Positions 19,471-29,989 of a stretch of DNA of 64,000 bases are shown here, piece by piece (within the stretch, counting starts at the first letter, position 1; every line of letters starts with the position of its first letter). The translations under genes were made by a program, and so were the position numbers. The notes below the pieces were generated by a model that had not been told where the DNA came from, searched no databases, and saw nothing but the letters and a program-made list of their open reading frames with translations. The stretch lies in NCBI GenBank assembly GCA_963422735.1, contig OY730476.1, positions 1,664,001 through 1,728,000 on the forward strand, given 5' to 3'. This DNA comes from Candidatus Latescibacterota bacterium (lineage in GTDB: Bacteria > Latescibacterota > UBA2968 > UBA8231).

Positions 19471-21326
19471 ACGAGCTGGATGCCTTGGGCGTTGAGCTGA
19501 TAGGAGACTACGCTGCTTTTGGCAAAGGCCGCGTGTTGGCGTAGCTTGTCGAGCCTTGCGCGCAACGCGGTCGCTTTCCCTTCCGCAGCGATGAGGAGGG
19601 CGAAGCCGCCGCCGCCGGCCCCGGTGATAAGCCCGCCCTCGGTCAGGTCGGTGATCTGCGGATTCTCGAAAAGGTGTTGCAAGGCGTCGTTGGTGGCCTG
19701 GGGGTCGAGGATGCAGCGCAACTGCCAGTAGCGGTCGGCCAGCCGCCCAAGATCGGCGTACGCGCTCGCGCGCAGCGCAGCCACCATTTCGTCGTGAATG
19801 GCCAGCGACTCGCGGATGGCCGCGTAGCGCTGGCCATCCCGCGACAGATAGGCGTCAAGAACGACGTTGAGGCCGCGAGTCGCCGAGCGCGAGATCCCCG
19901 TGTCGAAGAGCACGACTCGCTCGGTGAACAAGCTCGCGTCCACCTCGGTGAGGAATGTGCATTCGGGCGCGGGTAGGCCGTTGGTCGGCGGCGCGTAGAA
20001 GTTCTTGATGGCCGAGGGGCCGCCACTGGCGCCGCGCGCATCCTGCCAACCGCTGTTGAGGCCGAGGCTTTGCTCGAGCATGAGGCTGTGGTCGTAGAGG
20101 CTAGGGTACTCACATGCGGGCGCGGCGTAGGGGTGCCCGGAGAGGTGGTAGAGCATTTTGAGGATGGCGGCGGACAAGATGCCGCTGGTCCCCAAGCCGG
20201 ACCCTTGTAGCACCTTACTACGGGTGGTGATTTCCAAGCCGCCGCCGTCGGTAAAGGCAGCGATGTCTTCGATGACATCTGTGGAGTTCGGCCGGACGAT
20301 GCCCGCGTGTACCAGCCCTTGTTTGACCAACCGCAGGGCTTCGTCGCCGCTGCGGCGGTAGGCAAAGAACAGCTCGCTGGCGGTCGCGGCCGAGCTGTGT
20401 TTGCTGGCCTCAAAGTCGGCCTTGAAGCCCATAGAGCGAGAGCGGAGGACGAGCTGGGGTTCGGCGAGCCTCCGTGCGGAGACTTCCAACGGTGGTTGGG
20501 CGCACTCTTCCCGGCCCTGTTGCAGATTGATAGCGATGTTGAGCGTCTTGCCGCCCTGTTCCTTGCTGCGCAGGTGATTGTCCGAGGCATTGGCACTGGA
20601 GATGCCCAAGCGCAGGGGCGATTGGATGCAAAAGGCTTGCTCGTAAGCTGATTCGATCATCCTCGGCTCGGCCGTGTAGCCCTTGTCGAGGGCGGCCAAG
20701 CTGCGCCGCAGGTCCATGCTCTGTAGCTGATTGATCCGCGCCTCGTAGGCCGCGGCCAGTTTGTCGATGTGCTTGGCTTCTTTGAGCTCGACGATGTCTT
20801 GGTCGTCAATGCAACAGGGTGGCAGCGAGCGCCGTCGCCAAGCTCGCGGCTCGGCGGCGAGCGTTCGGTAGATGTCGGCCATGATGCGGGCGACGCGCAT
20901 GCCGCGCAGGCAGCGGACCGAGAGATCGCATTCTTCTAGATAGGTATTGAGGCGTTTGAGCACTTGCAAGAGCGTCTTGGAGGATTGGGGGGGCAAAAAC
21001 TGCAGCAGTTGGCGGTGGTCGAGATCGACCAAGCCATCGACCAAATCGACGATTAATTGCGGTAGCTGTTTGGCGACTGCATCGCCGAAGAGCGCGTTCC
21101 ACTCGCGGGGCGTGGTTGAAGCGAGGAGCACGTCAATGGCCGCGGGGGTATCTAGGCGGGACAAAAGCGCCCGATTGAAGAGCAGGTAGCGGAGGAAGCG
21201 GTGCTTTTCTTCGGGCTTGCCGCCGGACCGCGCCGCGTCGAGGATGTGATCGACGAGCGATTGGACTTCGCGCAAATCAGCGGCTTGTTCGAGGCGTGCA
21301 AGGAATGCTTCCATGTGCGTCCTCAA
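19467..21326 (-). CDS. GHMP-family sugar kinase (fucokinase-like C-terminus) with an unassigned N-terminal helical region
   Basis: GSGLGTSGIL, EQSLGLNSGWQD, TGAGGGGF. Confidence 0.8.
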   Translation of the reverse strand: MRTHMEAFLARLEQAADLREVQSLVDHILDAARSGGKPEEKHRFLRYLLFNRALLSRLDTPAAIDVLLASTTPREWNALFGDAVAKQLPQLIVDLVDGLVDLDHRQLLQFLPPQSSKTLLQVLKRLNTYLEECDLSVRCLRGMRVARIMADIYRTLAAEPRAWRRRSLPPCCIDDQDIVELKEAKHIDKLAAAYEARINQLQSMDLRRSLAALDKGYTAEPRMIESAYEQAFCIQSPLRLGISSANASDNHLRSKEQGGKTLNIAINLQQGREECAQPPLEVSARRLAEPQLVLRSRSMGFKADFEASKHSSAATASELFFAYRRSGDEALRLVKQGLVHAGIVRPNSTDVIEDIAAFTDGGGLEITTRSKVLQGSGLGTSGILSAAILKMLYHLSGHPYAAPACEYPSLYDHSLMLEQSLGLNSGWQDARGASGGPSAIKNFYAPPTNGLPAPECTFLTEVDASLFTERVVLFDTGISRSATRGLNVVLDAYLSRDGQRYAAIRESLAIHDEMVAALRASAYADLGRLADRYWQLRCILDPQATNDALQHLFENPQITDLTEGGLITGAGGGGFALLIAAEGKATALRARLDKLRQHAAFAKSSVVSYQLNAQGIQLV

Positions 21327-21383
21327 CGGGCGAGGGTGCGCTGCAATTGGCGAAAATTATACGCAAAAAACGCGCACCGCGCA

Positions 21384-22004
21384 TCAGCGGAGGTCGGCAT
21401 CGCGCATTAGCTCGCCGGCTTCCACGGCAAAATCGAGGTAGTTTTGTCGCGGGGGCAGCGGGCAAATATAGGTGGGATTGTACGCGCAGTATGGATTGTA
21501 AGCATTATTGAAATCAATGACATACATGCCATCGTCCTCCCGCGTCAGACGCGCGTAGCGCCCGCCCCCATACGTGGTGTGGCCATTGGTCAGATCCTTG
21601 AAGAAAACTTCTGCTTCGCCGGTTTGCGGGCTGCGGTACACCTCTAGCCAAAAATTCTTTTCGCCAAAGGCCGAAACAAAGCGCCCAAATCGTTCGAGCT
21701 CGGTGGTGGTGCCATCGGTATTGGGGATTTCGACGATGCGCTGGCGGCCATAGATGTGCAGTTCGCCCCTCAGGCGATAGCCGAGGTCGATGGGATAGTA
21801 CGCAAGCCGCTCAAAGTGGGCGCGCTGCGCTGGCAGCAGCGGCGAATCCTCGCTTTTGAGCAGGCTATCTTTGGCGGCGCGGAGCACTTCGATCTGGGCG
21901 CGGATGGAGTCGTCGGCTGAGGCGGACCCAAAGGACAGGCCTAGATAGCAGGCGATGGCGTAGAGCAGGCTTTTGCGCTTTGCAATGAATAGGCTTGCAA
22001 GCAT
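21384..22004 (-). CDS. DUF1684 domain protein with a signal peptide
   Basis: [36 protein letters not shown]. Confidence 0.92.
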   Translation of the reverse strand: MLASLFIAKRKSLLYAIACYLGLSFGSASADDSIRAQIEVLRAAKDSLLKSEDSPLLPAQRAHFERLAYYPIDLGYRLRGELHIYGRQRIVEIPNTDGTTTELERFGRFVSAFGEKNFWLEVYRSPQTGEAEVFFKDLTNGHTTYGGGRYARLTREDDGMYVIDFNNAYNPYCAYNPTYICPLPPRQNYLDFAVEAGELMRDADLR

Positions 22005-22136
22005 GACAAATTCTCCTATCGGTCTATTTTAGAATCAATTTGCTGCCACATCAAATGGCCTGCTCGACGGGCCGTTCCTCCTTGTCCCCCTCCTCCGGCC
22101 GCCATACATTTCTGCGACAAACAGGAGGAAAAATCC

Positions 22137-22892
22137 ATGCGTTTGCAAGCTCGCATTGCCGTTGTTACCGGAGGGAGCTCGGGCATTGGGCGGGGTATTG
22201 GTCTTGAACTGGCCCGCGAAGGGGCCAAGGTAGTAGTGGCCGATATGCAGGAAGCACCCAAGATCGGCAAGTTTCACGAGACCGAGCCGCGGCTACCCAC
22301 GGCAGAGGTTATTGCCGGGGAGGGCGGCGAGGCACTCTTCGTCGAGACCGATGTGACTGACGAAAAGGCGGTGGAAAACCTAATCGCCCGCAGTGCCGAG
22401 CGCTTTGGCGGGGTAGATATTCTAGTCAACAACGCCGGGATCACGATACAGGGAGACAGCCAGGAGCTATCCGTCGAGGCGTGGGACCGGGTCGTGGGCG
22501 CCAATCTGCGCTCGATTTTCCTCACGACCAAATTTGCAGCACCCTATCTGAGAAAATCTGCGGCCGGACGCATCGTCAACATTGCCTCGGTCCACGCTTT
22601 CGGCGGCGGTCCGGCCTATGCGCCGACGAACGCGCGATTCGGCGTTGGAACTAGCCGGGGACAACGTCGCAGTCAACGCGGTGTGCCCAGGCTATATCGA
22701 GACGCCGATCCAAGACTGTTTGACCCCGGAGCTCATCGAGCAATGCCGGCGGGATACGCCCTTGCCGCGATTGGGATCGATCTGGCCGAGATGGTGGGGG
22801 CGGCTCTGGGGGTGATGGATCGCGATGCCAAGAAGATGCGCGGCGAGGGGCCGACGGTTTTCGCTTGTATCAAGGATAAAGTGGGGCTATAG
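22137..22892 (+). pseudogene. SDR oxidoreductase, frameshifted and probably chimeric at the 3' end
   Basis: TGGSSGIG and NNAG present; YxxxK is disrupted near 22620; [11 protein letters not shown] lies in another frame (22582..22815); the tail is unrelated. Confidence 0.85.
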
Positions 22893-22992
22893 GCGATTGT
22901 CGAGCACATTCTCAAGGCGAGGGAGAGGGCACTGCTGACAGAAGCTGCTAAAGAAAGATGAGCATGATGAAGGGACAATGATCACGGGTTGT

Positions 22993-23133
22993 CTAAGAAG
23001 CTGTCTTAAACCCCCATCGGGTCGCCTCCGCAGGGGCAAGCAGCAGCCTTTACATGGAGCGTTTTTCATCTGGCGAGACGCTTTTTTTCTTCGCGCAAAG
23101 GGCGGCACAAGGCATTTTAAAACAGCTCTTCAG
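22993..23133. mobile_element. putative MITE / IS-end remnant (about 140 bp)
   Basis: Imperfect terminal inverted repeats CTAAGAAGCTGTCTTAAA and TTTTAAAACAGCTCTTCAG; a similar end lies at 57034. Confidence 0.4.
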
Positions 23134-23189
23134 TGACTTTCATATCCGTTCCACCTACCTAGTTTCCTAAAAATCAGCTCGCTTCTGTT

Positions 23190-24299
23190 TCAATTGCGCT
23201 CGGCAACGCCTCCCTTGCGCCCCCGCAACGTCCCACTCCCCACCATCGCGATCTCCAGCGCTCTCAGCCCATCGCGGTGATCAACGGCAAATGCCGCTCC
23301 AGCGCGACACTGATCGATATAGTGGGCCACCTCGGCCTTGTACGCCGGCCCGAAGCGCTCTATAAAAAACGGCACTTCTACTCCGTAATCGCGCAGGGCG
23401 AATTCCCGCCGCTCGATTAAGCCCCGCCGCCCAAAGGCCTCCGCTTCCACCAAGAGCGGGTCGGCACCAAAGGCCCCCACATGCACCAGCCCCTCCGTCC
23501 CATAGACCCAAGTCTCGTTGCGATACCCGGCCACGTGGTTGCGGCTTACCGTCACTTGGCCGATCAGATTCTTGGGAAAGTACATCTGCAAGAGGGCATC
23601 GTCGAAATCCTCTTTGACGTCCGTGTGCTGCTGGTTGTAAAGCAGGCTGCCAAAGCCAGCCAGCCGCTCGGGCTGCTGCCCGCCGAGCCAGAGAATCTCG
23701 TCGATGTTGTGGACCGCCATATCCGAGAGTAGGCCGGAGCTATTGTACCCGTCGGGCGGTGACACCGGATCTTCGAGGATCGAGACGATCTTGAACGGCG
23801 CGCCGATAGCCCCTCGATCCAACAGGGCTTTGGCCCACAACAGCGGAGCGGCGAAGCGGCGCATAAAAGCCTGCATCAGCGCCGTGCGGCGAAAGGCGTC
23901 GGCGTCTAGATAGGCGGCGAACTCCCGCGCTGTGGCTAAAGAGTGCGTCAGCGGCTTTTCCATCAGGACGCGCCAGCCCGCGTCGATCAAGGTCTGGGCA
24001 TCGCGGTAGTGGTTTTCAGTGCGCGAGGCAATGAATGCACCGTCGGCGGCACTAGCGGCGACTAATTCTTCTACGTCTTGGAAAACACTAATAGCCGTTT
24101 CTTGGCCGACCTGTAGCTGAGCCGCAACCTCGGAGGCCAAGTTGCCGTAGCCTTCTACTACGGCTGTCAACGCGCAATCGCTCCGCTCGCTGGCCAGCTC
24201 TTGGACGTGGCGGGCGTGAAATGCGCCAATCCGGCCGACGCCTACGACCGCTATTCTAAAACGTTCCGCCATCTGCAAATCTCCGTGGTCAATCCTCAA
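23190..24299 (-). CDS. Gfo/Idh/MocA oxidoreductase (inositol dehydrogenase-like)
   Basis: GVGRIG, MEKPL, FMRRF, DMAVHNID. Confidence 0.9.
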   Translation of the reverse strand: MRIDHGDLQMAERFRIAVVGVGRIGAFHARHVQELASERSDCALTAVVEGYGNLASEVAAQLQVGQETAISVFQDVEELVAASAADGAFIASRTENHYRDAQTLIDAGWRVLMEKPLTHSLATAREFAAYLDADAFRRTALMQAFMRRFAAPLLWAKALLDRGAIGAPFKIVSILEDPVSPPDGYNSSGLLSDMAVHNIDEILWLGGQQPERLAGFGSLLYNQQHTDVKEDFDDALLQMYFPKNLIGQVTVSRNHVAGYRNETWVYGTEGLVHVGAFGADPLLVEAEAFGRRGLIERREFALRDYGVEVPFFIERFGPAYKAEVAHYIDQCRAGAAFAVDHRDGLRALEIAMVGSGTLRGRKGGVAERN

Positions 24300-25264
24300 T
24301 GAGTACTGAAGACAGATAGACGCAAGAATCCCCGTCGGGCGATTCGTAAGTCGAATAGTACGCGATGAGGGCGTGGTCCCGTATCGCCGCCGCTGGGCAG
24401 CATGGCCTTTAGCCGAATGTCGCCGTCTTCGTATAGGAAAACTCCGGTGCGCAATTGGGTCTGGTCGTGCGGGCTGAAGGGTTTGTTGAATTGGTCGGCC
24501 GTGGCGCGAATCCCTTCGTTGCTAAAGCTGCGGCCGGTGACGAGTATGTGGCGGCCCACTTGGCCGTAGCAGCGCGACTCGCGCGACAAGGTGCGCTCCC
24601 ACTGGTCGTAGGGCGGCTGCGCGGTGGGAAGCAGGGCGCAATAGCCTCGAGCGCGAGTGACGGCCAACAAGTGCTGGCCTTCCCCAAAGCAAAGGGACGT
24701 TTCGCTCGGTGCTTGTACGCCAAATTCGATGCCGGTCGCGTCGCGGTATTCAGGATGCGTGGTGCCGTGGATGATTTCGCTGACCCACTGCCCGTCGGAA
24801 ACAAGCAAATCGACCGAATTGTGGCTGGCGTGGGGGGTGTGCAGGCGACCCAATAGCGGCCCTCGTGCTCCACCGGATGCCAGAAGTCGTGGTTAGCGCC
24901 GGGGCGGGATCCACGCCTTCCCGTCTGTCGTTGCGGCGACTATTTGCTGCGAGGTGAAGCCGAACTCAGGCTCGGCTTGCCCTTCGGCTTCCTCGCGGCT
25001 GAGACGCACTCCGTACGCCAAGAGCCGGTCGCCTACTGGCAGCAGGTTCGGGTCGATGGTCTTCGCGCCGAGGACGATTTGGCTGGTCCAAGTCTTTAGA
25101 TCTGCGGACGAGCAGACGCGGATTTGGGCGTCGCCGCTGCCGTGGCCGCTGCCATCGACAAAGCATACTTGGTACTCGCCCTTCCAGCGCACCAAGCTGC
25201 CGACGTGCCAGCCGCGACCACCGCCAAAGACTTTTCTCGTCCAATTCACTTTCACCGTGGCCAT
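24296..25264 (-). pseudogene. degraded sialidase/BNR-like beta-propeller protein
   Basis: Pieces in several frames: CFVDGSGHGS...SSADLKTW (Asp-box-like), then LPSGGDTG. Confidence 0.6.
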
Positions 25265-25293
25265 GCCATCCGTCCTTTCGCCGCTTTAGGGAC

Positions 25294-26166
25294 TCAGTTC
25301 CAATACTTCCCGTAGAGCACTTGGAGCCGCTCTTTTGCCTCTGGGGAAATCACCGCTGGGTCCGTGAGGATGGCGCGTTCGGCGGCGCGCAAACAAGGGC
25401 AAGCAGACTCGGTCGGCAGGCGCATGGCAACCTCGGAGATGATCCGCTGGGCCAAGGCGCTATTGGCCTGTAGCACCGCTAGCACTTGATCGACCGTTAC
25501 GTCTTCCTCCTCCTCGTGCCAGCAATCGTAGTCCGTGCCCGCCGCCAGCAGCGCGTAACACATTTCCGCCTCGCGCGCCAGCTTGGCCTCGGGCAGAGCA
25601 GTCATGCCGATCACGGCCACATCCACGGCGTTGCGGTAGAAATGCGACTCGGCGCGGGTGGAAAAGGCCGGCCCTTCCATGCAGAGATAGATGCCGCCCT
25701 CGTGGACATTGGCATCCGCCGCTTGAGCCGCAGCGATGACCACGCCCCGCAACGTCTCGCAGAACGGGTCGGCAAACATCAGATGTCCGGCGATACCGTC
25801 ACCGAAGAACGTCGATGGACGTTGTCCGCGCGTGCGGTCGAAAATCTGGTCGGGCACAATCATGTCCCCAGGCCGAATCGCTTCCTGCATGATGCCGCAG
25901 GCACTTATGGCCAAAACGTAGTTCACACCGAGTTGCTTGAGCGCGTGGATATTGGCGCGAGAGGGCACTTCGCTCGGCAGCAGCCGATGCCCCTTTCCAT
26001 GTCGCGGCAAGAAATGCACCGTGCGGTCGCCGATCCGCGCCTCGACAATGGCGTCCGAGGGCGTGCCAAAGGGCGTATCTAGCCGGTGCTCGGCGACCGT
26101 TTCAACCCCTTCTATATGGTACAACCCCGACCCGCCGATGACGCCCAAGACTACGGATTGACTCAT
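25294..26166 (-). CDS. mtnP: S-methyl-5'-thioadenosine phosphorylase
   Basis: IGGSGLY, TPFG, LPRHG, EGPAFSTRAES, PEAKLAREAE, TDYDCW; GGAGG RBS. Confidence 0.95.
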   Translation of the reverse strand: MSQSVVLGVIGGSGLYHIEGVETVAEHRLDTPFGTPSDAIVEARIGDRTVHFLPRHGKGHRLLPSEVPSRANIHALKQLGVNYVLAISACGIMQEAIRPGDMIVPDQIFDRTRGQRPSTFFGDGIAGHLMFADPFCETLRGVVIAAAQAADANVHEGGIYLCMEGPAFSTRAESHFYRNAVDVAVIGMTALPEAKLAREAEMCYALLAAGTDYDCWHEEEEDVTVDQVLAVLQANSALAQRIISEVAMRLPTESACPCLRAAERAILTDPAVISPEAKERLQVLYGKYWN

Positions 26167-26220
26167 TGCCACCTCCTGTAGAGAATGCAAGGGCCTGATA
26201 GCACCCTATATTATACTACC

Positions 26221-28596
26221 ATGTCCCCGCGCTTGCTTAAAACCTCGGTCCGCGAACTCGTCGGCTTCGTGCTGCGCTCCGGCGATCTGATTTCCGGCGG
26301 CTTTTCTCGCCCCGACCGCCTAGTGGAAGGCACTCGCGGCCACCAGCAAGTTCAGCGCGCACGCCCCGCCGACTATCAGGCGGAAGTGCCCATCTCCTAC
26401 CTAGTCGAAACCGACGAGATCGCCCTCGAAATAAGCGGTCGTATCGACGGTCTGCTCGTCGAAGACGAAACGGTGCTCGTCGAGGAGATCAAGACCACCG
26501 AGGCCGACCTCGACGAGATCGCTGAAAACCCAGCGCATTGGGCACAGGCCAAGCTCTACGCTTTTATGGTCGCCGAGCAAGAAGGCCTCGACGCCATCAA
26601 CGTCCAGCTAACGTACCTTCAGTTAGATACCTATAAGCGCCGCGAGGACCGCCGCACCTTTGCACAGGACGAGCTGGCGGCGTTTTGCTCCGATCTCATC
26701 GAGCGCTACCTGCATTGGGCGCGGCTCTACCACCAGTGGTGCGCCGAGCGCGATCTTTCACTCGAAGTGCTCAAATTTCCCTTTGCCGAATACCGGCCCG
26801 GCCAGCGCGATCTGGCCGCGGCTACCTATCGCACCATCGACGGCCGCGGTCGGGCTTTTGCCCAAGCACCCACCGGCATCGGCAAGACTATCTCAACCCT
26901 GTTCCCGGCTGCCAAGGCCCTCGGCTTGGGTCATGCTGAAAAAATCTTCTACCTGACGGCCAAGACCAGCGGACGAAGGATCGTCGAAAAGGCCCTTGAC
27001 GATCTGCGTGGGGCAGGGGCGCGCATCAAGAGCCTGACGCTAACAGCCCGCGACAAAATCTGCTTCAAACCTAACGGCGGCAGCACCTGCGATTCCGAGC
27101 AATGCGAGTTCGCCCGCGGCTACTACGACCGCATCAACGACGCGCTTGAAGACATCTTCACCCACGACGCCTTCACTCGATCCCTCATCGAGGAATGTGC
27201 CCAGAGGCACCGCGTCTGCCCCTTTGAGTTTTCGCTCGATCTCGCGCCGTGGTCCGACGTCGTCATCTGCGATTACAACTACGTCTTCGATCCGCGAGCC
27301 TTCCTCAAACGCTTCTTCCAGGACGCCGGCGGGCAATACGCCTTCCTCATTGACGAGGCGCACAATCTCGTCGATCGGGCGCGCGAAATGTTCTCGGCCG
27401 ACCTCTGCAAGGCTGAGATTGCGGGGCTCAAGCGCTTAGTCGGCAAGACGCATCCCGATCTGAGCAAACAGCTCGACGCCCTCAACCGCTACTTCGTCAA
27501 GCTCGGCAAGAAGGTCGAACAGGAAGGCAACGGCGAGTGCTGGATTAGCCCGCAGTTGCCGACGGATCTGATGGCACTGGTACACAATGTCCTCCGCGCC
27601 GCCGAGAAGGTACTAGAGCAGAACACTGCTTTGCCCTTTTGGGACGAATTGATCGAGTGTTACTTCCGGGCACTGGGTTTTGAGCGCATCGGTGAGCTTT
27701 TCGACGAGCACTATACCACATACACTGAAAAACAGGGCCGGGATATTCGCTTCCGGCTCTTCTGTCTCGACCCAGCACCAAATATCCGCCAGGCCCTAGA
27801 GCGCGGCTGCGCGGCCGTATTCTTTTCGGCCACGCTCTCGCCGCTGGCGTACTTCCGCGATCTGCTCGGCGGCGCGGAGGGGGATACCCTGTTGAGCCTT
27901 GGTTCGCCTTTCCCGCCCGAGCACCTGCGTCTGCTGCTGGCCGACCACATTGAGACGACGTACAAAAAGCGCGGAGAGAGCTACGACGACATCGCCGAGT
28001 CCATCGCCGCCCTCGCCAGCCAGCGCGCGGGCAATTATCTCGCCTTTTTCCCTTCGTACAAATACATGGAAGAGGTGGCGACGCGCTTTGCCGAGGCGTA
28101 TCCGAGCATTGACCTCCTCGTCCAAGAAAGCGGCATGTCCGACCGCCAGCGCGAGGCGTTTCTCTCCGCATTCGACGTCGAGCCATCGCAGGACGCGCAA
28201 CACACGGTGGGTTTCGCGGTGATGGGCGGCGTCTTCGGCGAAGGGATCGATTTAGCCGGCGAGCGGCTAGTCGGTGCGGTGGTCGTGGGCGTTGGCCTGC
28301 CGCAACTGTGCTTGGAGCGCGACCTGATCCGCCACTATTTCGACGAGCGTGAGATTCCCGGCTTTGCGTACGCGTACGTCTATCCGGGCATGAATCGCGT
28401 GTTGCAGGCCGCAGGTCGCGTAATCCGCACGGCGAGCGACCGCGGCGCAATCCTCCTCGTCGATCGCCGCTTTGGCCAAAGCCGCTACCGCCAGCTTTTC
28501 CCCTCCTCTTGGCACCCGGTGCATCCCGTTCGCAACCCAGCCCATATCGCCCAGTCGCTGGCCGAGTTTTGGCACCATGACCCTACGTATGCTTAG
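26221..28596 (+). CDS. DinG/Rad3-family Fe-S helicase with an N-terminal PD-(D/E)xK nuclease domain
   Basis: GRIDG..EEIKT; APTGIGKT; Fe-S cysteines; DEAHNL; QAAGRVIR. Confidence 0.92.
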   Translation: MSPRLLKTSVRELVGFVLRSGDLISGGFSRPDRLVEGTRGHQQVQRARPADYQAEVPISYLVETDEIALEISGRIDGLLVEDETVLVEEIKTTEADLDEIAENPAHWAQAKLYAFMVAEQEGLDAINVQLTYLQLDTYKRREDRRTFAQDELAAFCSDLIERYLHWARLYHQWCAERDLSLEVLKFPFAEYRPGQRDLAAATYRTIDGRGRAFAQAPTGIGKTISTLFPAAKALGLGHAEKIFYLTAKTSGRRIVEKALDDLRGAGARIKSLTLTARDKICFKPNGGSTCDSEQCEFARGYYDRINDALEDIFTHDAFTRSLIEECAQRHRVCPFEFSLDLAPWSDVVICDYNYVFDPRAFLKRFFQDAGGQYAFLIDEAHNLVDRAREMFSADLCKAEIAGLKRLVGKTHPDLSKQLDALNRYFVKLGKKVEQEGNGECWISPQLPTDLMALVHNVLRAAEKVLEQNTALPFWDELIECYFRALGFERIGELFDEHYTTYTEKQGRDIRFRLFCLDPAPNIRQALERGCAAVFFSATLSPLAYFRDLLGGAEGDTLLSLGSPFPPEHLRLLLADHIETTYKKRGESYDDIAESIAALASQRAGNYLAFFPSYKYMEEVATRFAEAYPSIDLLVQESGMSDRQREAFLSAFDVEPSQDAQHTVGFAVMGGVFGEGIDLAGERLVGAVVVGVGLPQLCLERDLIRHYFDEREIPGFAYAYVYPGMNRVLQAAGRVIRTASDRGAILLVDRRFGQSRYRQLFPSSWHPVHPVRNPAHIAQSLAEFWHHDPTYA

Positions 28597-29326
28597 CATC
28601 TCACTGCTCTTGCTCTACCCCGCGCTGGCAGCGGCCCAAAGCGTGTTCGCCGCCGCTAGCCTGAACTCCGCACTCGCAGAGCTGGCCACCCACTACGAAG
28701 GGATGCGCCTGTCCGTTGCCAGCTCTTCGACCCTAGCCAAACAGATTGCAGCAGGTGCGCCAGCCGACATTTATTTTTCCGCCAATGCCGAGTGGATGGA
28801 CTACCTCCAAGCGCGTCAGCACATTGAGCAAGACACCCGCGTCGATCTCCTCGGCAATGCCCTCGTGGTCATTGCACCCAAGGGAGGGGCTTTCGCCGTC
28901 CGCTTTGCAGGGGACTTCGACTTTGCCGGTGCTTTCGCTGGCCGCTTGGCTCTCGGCGACCCGGATCACGTACCGGCCGGCCAGTACGCCCGTCAAGCCC
29001 TAGAGCAATTGGGCTGGTGGCCGGCACTCAAAAGCCGCATCGCACCCGCGCCCGACGTCCGCGCCGCCCTAGTATACGTCGGGCGCGGAGAGTGCGCCGC
29101 GGGATTGGTGTACGCCACCGATGCGGCCCAAAGCGACCGCGTAATAACCCTAGCGACGGTGCCGGACTCGCTGCACTGCCCCATCGTCTATCCGGCGGCC
29201 ATCGTCAAGGGCCGCGCCAGCGCACAGGCACGCAGCCTGTTAGCGTTTTTTCGCTCGAAAACAGCCGCCGGCATCTTCCGCAAACACGGCTTTACCTTTT
29301 GGGGCGACCAAGGTGTTCAGCACTGA
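28589..29326 (+). CDS. modA: molybdate ABC transporter substrate-binding protein
   Basis: VFAAASL, ASSSTLAKQI, VPAGQYA, GLVYATDA. Confidence 0.95.
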   Translation: MLSISLLLLYPALAAAQSVFAAASLNSALAELATHYEGMRLSVASSSTLAKQIAAGAPADIYFSANAEWMDYLQARQHIEQDTRVDLLGNALVVIAPKGGAFAVRFAGDFDFAGAFAGRLALGDPDHVPAGQYARQALEQLGWWPALKSRIAPAPDVRAALVYVGRGECAAGLVYATDAAQSDRVITLATVPDSLHCPIVYPAAIVKGRASAQARSLLAFFRSKTAAGIFRKHGFTFWGDQGVQH

Positions 29327-29987
29327 GGAAGTACAAGTCCTCTTGCTCTCGCTGCGCGTGGCTTTTTGCTGCGTACTGTTGATCCTGTTGCCGGCCGTGT
29401 TGCTGGGCTGGCTGCTGGCCCGGCGGGAGTTTCCGCTCAAGATCGCGCTCGACGGCCTCTGTCACCTGCCGCTGGTCCTGCCACCGGTGGTCACCGGCTA
29501 TCTGCTCCTGTTGCTTTTTGGCCGCCGCGGTCTCTTCGGCCCGGTGCTTGCAGCCTTCGACCTCGAGTTGGCCTTCGACTGGAAGGGGGCAGTGTTAGCC
29601 TCGGCCGTAGTCGGCTTTCCCCTGATGCTGCGCTCGGTGCGCCTCGGGATTGAGAGCGTGGATCCGCGCTTAGAGCGCGTCGCCCGCACCCTCGGAGCTG
29701 GACCTGTGCGCGCCTTTCTAACCGTGACCTTGCGCCTCGCCGCCCCCGGCCTTCTGGTCGGCTCGCTGTTGGCCTTTGCCCGTTCGTTGGGCGAGTTCGG
29801 CGCGACCATCACTTTTGCGGCCAATATCGCCGGGCAGACCCGCACCATCCCTTCGGCCATTTACACGTACCTCAACCAACCGGATGGGGAAGGCCGCGCG
29901 GCCGGACTGGTCCTACTCTCAGTCGCGCTTTCGCTGCTGGCCCTCGTGGCCAGCGAGTGGTCAGCCCGTCGCCTGCGCTCTAGTTAG
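29313..29987 (+). CDS. modB: molybdate ABC transporter permease
   Basis: LPLVLPPVVTG, FARSLGEFGAT. Confidence 0.95.
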   Translation: MFSTEEVQVLLLSLRVAFCCVLLILLPAVLLGWLLARREFPLKIALDGLCHLPLVLPPVVTGYLLLLLFGRRGLFGPVLAAFDLELAFDWKGAVLASAVVGFPLMLRSVRLGIESVDPRLERVARTLGAGPVRAFLTVTLRLAAPGLLVGSLLAFARSLGEFGATITFAANIAGQTRTIPSAIYTYLNQPDGEGRAAGLVLLSVALSLLALVASEWSARRLRSS

Positions 29988-29989
29988 CA

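Noticed and set aside
26221-28596. Cas4-like nuclease plus DinG as a CRISPR type IV component
   Set aside because: No array or other cas genes; this nuclease-Rad3 fusion is a known stand-alone family.
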